Shown here: in pieces, positions 58,969 to 64,000 of the stretch
How positions within the stretch are numbered: the first letter of the stretch is position 1
Layout: each line of letters begins with the position of its first letter
NCBI GenBank assembly: GCA_964016885.1
Contig: OZ024745.1
Span: 2,852,001 to 2,916,000 of the forward strand
Direction: 5' to 3'
DNA length: 64,000 nucleotides
Origin: Eledone cirrhosa
Lineage: Eukaryota
Translations under genes and position numbers: made by a program
Notes under the pieces: model-generated
The model's input: the letters and a program-made list of their open reading frames with translations, nothing else
Told to the model about the DNA's origin: nothing
The model's database searches: none

Positions 58969-59001
<33 letters not shown>

Positions 59002-59020
59002 TAGGGGGGGGGGGGGAGAA

Positions 59021-59329
59021 GTTCAAGAGGTGGATTTTCAGGTCTCTATGAAGGTCCGACTTCCACACCGATCTCAAGCTGTGGCACTCCGCCCAGCCTT
59101 TGCTCTTCTTCTCGACCACATCATCTTCCGTATTCCCAATCTTTGGTCCCAAATACAGGAAGTCCTCAACCAATTCTAGCGGCTTCCTGCCTACATTAGT
59201 AATCTTCTCTGGCTTCTTAATATTTTCTACCAGTTACTTCGTCTTAATCTCATTCGTTCTCAGCCCCATACTCATCGATACAGTCTCCACCTCCTGCATC
59301 AAATCCTCTGCCTCCTTCACTGTGGGAGC
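59021..59329 (-). mobile_element. Second RTE-like LINE, inverted internal segment (RT end/thumb)
   Basis: One frame with a single in-frame stop at 59234-59236: APTVKEAEDLMQEVETVSMSMGLRTNEIKTK*LVENIKKPEKITNVGRKPLELVEDFLYLGPKIGNTEDDVVEKKSKGWAECHSLRSVWKSDLHRDLKIHLL. This joins parts of supplied ORFs 59234..59500 and 58931..59173. Confidence 0.87.
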
Positions 59330-59490
59330 CCCTGCATGGACACACTGGAAGAGGGAGACTGAGGTTAACATATGTTGATGCCCTAAGGATAGACAGTGGT
59401 CTGTTGGAGACGCAGGACATGGCAGCGATAATGAGGGACAGAGACCGCTGGAGAGAACTCGTCCATGGATTTCGTGAATTTTACCCATAA
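59320..59490 (+). mobile_element. Second RTE-like LINE, 3'-terminal ORF segment
   Basis: Open frame LWEPLHGHTGRGRLRLTYVDALRIDSGLLETQDMAAIMRDRDRWRELVHGFREFYP* with the typical RGR..TYVD and DR..WR C-terminal motifs. Confidence 0.87.
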
Positions 59491-59526
59491 GTTGGATCAT
59501 TGTTGCAGCATATTTATAAATTTATT

Positions 59527-59610
59527 GGCTCATTACAATCGTTTCGATATCGATCGGCTCAGGGTAGAATCCTAATGACAGGGGCCTGACTCTTCCTCAT
59601 CAGGTAAGTC
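59527..59610 (-). ncRNA. Candidate minimal type I hammerhead ribozyme (Penelope-like pLTR remnant), probably degenerate
   Basis: Minus strand: GACTTAC-CTGATGA-G...(TCAGG/CCTGA inner stem)...C-GAAA-CGATTG-TA-ATGAGCC, immediately followed by AATAAA (59521-59526). Stem I has a mismatched first pair. Confidence 0.45.
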
Positions 59611-59710
59611 GATATGTGCAAAGACACTCTGCTCTCTACAGCCGCCTTAACTCGGAAATATAACCCAACACGAGAGAGTTCTGGTAACAGCATCGAATGC
59701 TGGGAACTAA

Positions 59711-59730
59711 AATATATATATATATGTATA

Positions 59731-59771
<41 letters not shown>
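59711..59771. repeat. (TA)n microsatellite, interrupted
   Basis: Direct reading. Confidence 0.93.
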
Positions 59772-59773
<2 letters not shown>

Positions 59774-59853
59774 TGTGTGTGTAACGTATATATAGTTTAT
59801 ATTCACATCTTTGTACAATTGCATATACTTGAATTTAGGATTATTCGATCACA

Positions 59854-59866
59854 CTCTCTCTCGCCA

Positions 59867-59902
<36 letters not shown>

Positions 59903-59958
59903 CACCTCTCTCGCCATCTCTCTCGCCATCTCTCTCGCCATCTCTCTCTCTCTCGCCA

Positions 59959-60014
<56 letters not shown>

Positions 60015-60055
60015 CCTCTCTCGCCATCTCTCTCGCCATCTCTCTCGCCATCTCT

Positions 60056-60130
<75 letters not shown>

Positions 60131-60154
60131 CCTCTCTCGCCATCTCTCTCGCCA

Positions 60155-60185
<31 letters not shown>

Positions 60186-60243
60186 CTCTAAATCTCACTC
60201 TCCATCTCTCTCTGTCATACACACACACACATACACACACACA
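59854..60243. repeat. Compound (CT)n tract with CGCCAT interruptions in three ~110-116-bp blocks, followed by (CA)n
   Basis: Block TCCACCTCTCTCGCCATCTCTCTCGCCATC... recurs at 59901, 60011 and 60127. Confidence 0.95.
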
Positions 60244-60344
60244 AACACCAACCTGGACGTATTTATTCGAATGTGCGCATACGTATACGAACTTTGCTTT
60301 CAATTAAAATATATACCTACCATTATACTTAGGCACATATTCAA

Positions 60345-60680
60345 ATATACACAATATACATCCATATAGAGAATACATATAAACATATACACGTAATACA
60401 CATCCGTATATAGAATACACATACACACATACACATCCGTATAGAGAATACATACAGAATGCATACACATACACATTCACATAGAGAATACATATACACA
60501 TACACACATACACATCCATATAGAGAATACATATACACATACACACATACACATCCGTATAGAGAATGCATACAGAATACATACACATACACATTCACAT
60601 AGAGAATACATATACACATATACAGATACACATCCATATAGAGAATACATATACACATAATAGACATGTAGAGAATATAT
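60345..60680. repeat. Degenerate ~39-bp minisatellite (CATCCATATAGAGAATACATATACACATACACACATACA)
   Basis: ATAGAGAAT recurs at 60481, 60520 and 60559. The 13-aa period in the overlapping ORFs agrees. Confidence 0.88.
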
Positions 60681-60916
60681 TCACTGACATACGCCCCCCC
60701 CCCCCCCGTCCAACCTCACGAGACCCCTTGACACAAATAAAATTAATAAGCCAACATTCCCCTAATTAGTTCGATATCTAAGTATTGATAAGTATTGATC
60801 GATTATCAGCGAGAATAACGAAATTGTTTCGTTTTCAAGATTAAATTCCAGTTGAAGTTCTTGAAATATAGAAATGAGGAAATAATATACCATTTGATGA
60901 GTTCCATGGTTCGTTA

Positions 60917-63900
60917 ACAACACCACCACCACCACCACCACCACCACCACTACCACCAACACCACCAACACCACCACTACCACCAACACCATCAACACCA
61001 CCATCAACACCACCACCACCACCACTACCACCAACACCATCAACACCACCACTACCACCATCAACACCACCACCACCACCACTACCACCATCAACACCAC
61101 CACTACCACCACCATCAACACCACCACTACCACCACCACCACTACCACCATCAACACCACCACTACGAGCACCATACCACCACCACCACCACCACCACTA
61201 CCACCATCAACACCACCACTACGAGCACCATACCACCACCACCACCACCACCACTACCACCATCAACACCACCACTACGAGCACCATACCACCACCACCA
61301 CCACCACCACTACCACCATCAACACCACCACTACGAGCACCATACCACCACCATCAACACCACCACTACCACCACCATCAAGACCACCACTACCACCACC
61401 ACTACCACCACCACTACCACCACCATCAACACCACCACTACCACCACCACTACCACCACCACTACCACCACCATCAACACCACCACTTCCACCACCACTA
61501 CCACCACCACTACCACCACCATCAACACCACCACTACCACCACCACTACCACCACCACTACCACCACCATCAACACCACCACCACCACCACCATCAACAC
61601 CACCACTACCACCACCATCAACACCACCACTACCACCACCATCAACACCACCACCACCACCACCACTACCACCACCACTACTACCACCACCATCAACACC
61701 ACCACTACCACCACCACTACCACCACCACTACCACCACCATCAACACCACCATCAACACCACCACTAGCACCACCATCAACACCACAATCAACACCACCA
61801 CTACCACCACCACTACCACCACTACCACCACCATCAACACCACCACTACCACCACCACTACCACCACCATCAACACCACCACCTACCACCACTACCACCA
61901 CCACTACCACCACCATCAACACCACCACTACCACCACCACTACCACCACCACTACCACCACCATCAACACCACCATCAACACCACCACTACCACCACCAC
62001 TACCACCACCATCAACACCACCACTACCACCACCACTATCACCACCGCTACCACCACCACTACCACCACCATCAACACCACCATCAACACCACCACCACC
62101 ACCACCACTACCACCACCACTACCACCACCATCAACACCACCACTACCACCACAATTACCACCACCACTACCACCACCATCAACACCACCATCAACACCA
62201 CCACTAGCACCACCATCAACACCACCATCAACACCACCACTACCACCACCACTACCACCACTACCACCACCATCAACACCACCACTACCACCACCACTAC
62301 CACCACCGCTACCACCACCACTACCACCACCATCAACACCACCATCAACACCACCACCACCACCACCACTACCACCACCACTACCACCACCATCAACACC
62401 ACCACTACCACCACCACTACCACCACCACTACCACCACCATCAACACCACCATCAACACCACCACTAGCACCACCATCAACACCACCATCAACACCACCA
62501 CTACCACCACCACTACCACCACTACCACCACCATCAACACCACCACTACCACCACCACTACCACCACCACTACCACCACCATCAACACCACCACCACCAC
62601 CACTACCACCACCACTACCACCACCATCAACACCACCACTACCACCACCACTACCACCACCACTACCACCACCATCAACACCACCATCAACACCACCACT
62701 ACCACCACCACTACCACCACCGCTACCACCACCACTACCACCACCATCAACACCACCATCAACACCACCACCACCACCACCACTACCACCACCACTACCA
62801 CCACCATCAACACCACCACTACCACCACCACTACCACCACCACTACCACTACCATCAACACCACCACTACCACCACCACTACCACCACCATCAACACCAC
62901 CACTACCACCACCACTACCACCAGCACTACCACCACCACTACCACCACCATCAACACCACCACTACCACCACCACTACCACTACCACCACCATCAACACC
63001 ACCATCAACACCACCATCAACACCGCCACTACCAACCCCACTACCACCACCACTACCACCACCACTACCACCACCATCAACACCACCACTACCACCACCA
63101 CTACCACCACCATCAACACCACCACTACCACCACCACTACCACCACCACTACCACTACCACTACCACCACCATCAACACCACCATCAACACCACCATCAA
63201 CACCGCCACTACCACCCCCACTACCACCACCACTACCACCACCACTACCACCACCATCAACACCACCACTACCACCACCACAACCACCACCACTACCACC
63301 ACCACTACCACCACCATCAACACCACCACTACCACCACCACTACCACCACCACTACCACTACCACTACCACCACCATCAACACCACCATCAACACCACCA
63401 TCAACACCGCCACTACGACCCCCACTACCACCACCACTACCACCACCACTACCACCACCATCAACACCACCACTACCACCACCACTACCACCACCATCAA
63501 CACCACCACTACCACCCCCACTACCACCACCACTACCACCACCACTACCACCACCATCAACACCACCACTACCACCACCACTACCACCACCACTACCACC
63601 ACCACTACCACCACCATCAACACCACCACTACCACCACCACTACCACCACCACTACCACTACCACTACCACCACCATCAACACCACCATCAACACCACCA
63701 TCAACACCGCCACTACCACCCCCACTACCACCACCACTACCACCACCATCAACACCACCACTACCACCACCACTACCACCACCATCAACACCACCACTAC
63801 CACCCCCACTACCACCACCACTACCACCACCACTACCACCACCATCAACACCACCACTACCACCACCACTACCACCACCGCTACCACCACTACCACCACC

Positions 63901-64000
63901 ACTACCACCACCATCAACACCACCACCACCACCACCACTACCACCACCACTACCACCACCATCAACACCACCACTACCACCACCACTATCACCACCACTA
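60917..64000. repeat. (CCA)n-derived complex triplet array (ACC/ACT/ATC/AAC), over 3 kb, continues right of the window
   Basis: Direct reading. Includes a 56-bp sub-unit marked by ACGAGCACCATA at 61165, 61221, 61277 and 61333. Confidence 0.97.

Noticed and set aside
59636-60769. ER/SL/YI/CMC-rich ORFs
   Set aside because: Translations of (TA)n, (CT)n and the 39-bp minisatellite.
60762-63998. Poly-Val/Gly ORFs (137, 183 and 907 aa)
   Set aside because: Translations of the (GGT)n strand of a triplet repeat, with implausible composition.

Overview
Gene-free, repeat-dominated eukaryotic DNA. The tRNA-derived SINE resembles, from memory, the common octopus SINE, so a cephalopod source is plausible but unverified. 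About 90% of the window is tandem repeat: a 45-bp palindrome-cored satellite (1-24410, open to the left), a 34/55-bp hairpin satellite (26306-56259) and a (CCA)n-derived array (60917-64000, open to the right). None of the supplied ORFs looks like a real host gene. Best observation: the ~30-kb 34/55-bp satellite sits inside a dead RTE-like LINE and appears to have been born from that LINE's own ORF, because the monomer reads HPTIELFYSVTP in frame into the downstream LINE remnant (DISVILQEGRM*FAGHC). The 56.5-59.8 kb island is a (TA)n-punctuated mosaic. It holds a non-autonomous Helitron-like element, four unrelated fold-back inverted repeats next to (TA)n runs (one a perfect, spacer-less 208-bp palindrome), a 5'-inverted RTE-like LINE fragment and a candidate minimal hammerhead ribozyme. 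Family assignments come from manual translation and motif recognition, not database searches.
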